The position numbers and the translations under genes were made by a program. The notes below the pieces were generated by a model that made no database searches, was not told where the DNA came from, and saw only the letters and a list, made by a program, of their open reading frames with translations. 14,723 nt of DNA from Chloroflexota bacterium (lineage in GTDB: Bacteria; Chloroflexota; DTOL01; DAOUCN01), in assembly GCA_034431995.1 (NCBI GenBank), contig DAOUCN010000211.1:1-14723 (forward strand), in the 5' to 3' direction. Shown here piece after piece: positions 14,626 to 14,723 of this stretch; within the stretch, counting starts at the first letter, position 1, and each line of letters starts with the position of its first letter.

Positions 14626-14723
14626 GAACTGTCCCTCGGCCGCGAGTGAGAGCGCTGGCAGCCTGCGGTAGCGGATTACTTTACCATATCAGCGCTGGCA
14701 GTCCTCTTCGCAGCCCTCATCAG

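Noticed and set aside
14650-14709. A direct repeat agcgctggcag at ~14650-14660 and ~14690-14700 flanking an AT-richer patch (tttaccatatc) upstream of the first gene; considered as a promoter or operator.
   Set aside because: An 11-bp repeat in GC-rich DNA can occur by chance. The region is at the window edge, and the true start of the first gene is uncertain, so the supposed upstream region could still be coding.
1-14723. Mobile elements, tRNA/rRNA genes, toxin-antitoxin pairs and known phage-defence genes (restriction-modification, Cas, Avs-type NTPases).
   Set aside because: I found no transposase or integrase motifs, no terminal inverted repeats, no tRNA-like cloverleaf candidates, and no NTPase (Walker A GxxxxGK[ST]) modules in any long ORF. 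The kinase GxGxxG loops are not P-loops.

Overview
This is a high-GC bacterial window, roughly two-thirds G+C by eye, and almost all of it is coding. Every gene I can support lies on the minus strand. There are eight co-directional genes with short spacers: 2 nt at 1916-1917, 4 nt at 4000-4003, 30 nt at 5681-5710, 44 nt at 13916-13959, 109 nt at 1237-1345, and an ATGA start/stop overlap at 12536-12539. Most have strong GGAGG-type ribosome-binding sites. The only sizeable non-coding stretch is about 238 nt at 7754-7991, between the two kinase genes. In transcription order (high to low coordinate) the genes encode: (1) a beta-rich protein with two C-terminal zinc ribbons; (2) a 460-aa hypothetical protein; (3) a 1515-aa Hanks-type Ser/Thr kinase followed by 11 copies of an unclassified ~50-aa helical repeat and about 12 WD40 blades; (4) a receptor-type Ser/Thr kinase with a transmembrane helix, a Pro/Thr linker and three extracellular beta-sandwich repeats; (5) a divergent SPFH/Band-7-like coiled-coil protein with an internal membrane hairpin; (6) a protein with a double zinc ribbon, an SPFH (Band_7_1-like) domain, a long flotillin-like coiled coil and a C-terminal zinc ribbon; (7) a small polytopic membrane protein; (8) a protein with two zinc ribbons, a charged single-helix spacer and a C-terminal FGE/sulfatase-modifying-factor-like domain that lacks the catalytic cysteine pair. 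I found no rRNA, tRNA, CRISPR array, transposase or integrase. I judge all plus-strand ORFs in the track to be antisense artefacts of GC-rich coding DNA. The combination of SPFH/zinc-ribbon membrane-scaffold genes, an FGE-like domain and two kinases (one with a TPR-like plus WD40 sensor supermodule) in one apparently polycistronic unit is not a named system that I recognise. It is the main candidate for an undescribed signalling or conflict module. The lineage guess (a high-GC, possibly filamentous phylum such as Chloroflexota or Actinomycetota) is inference only.
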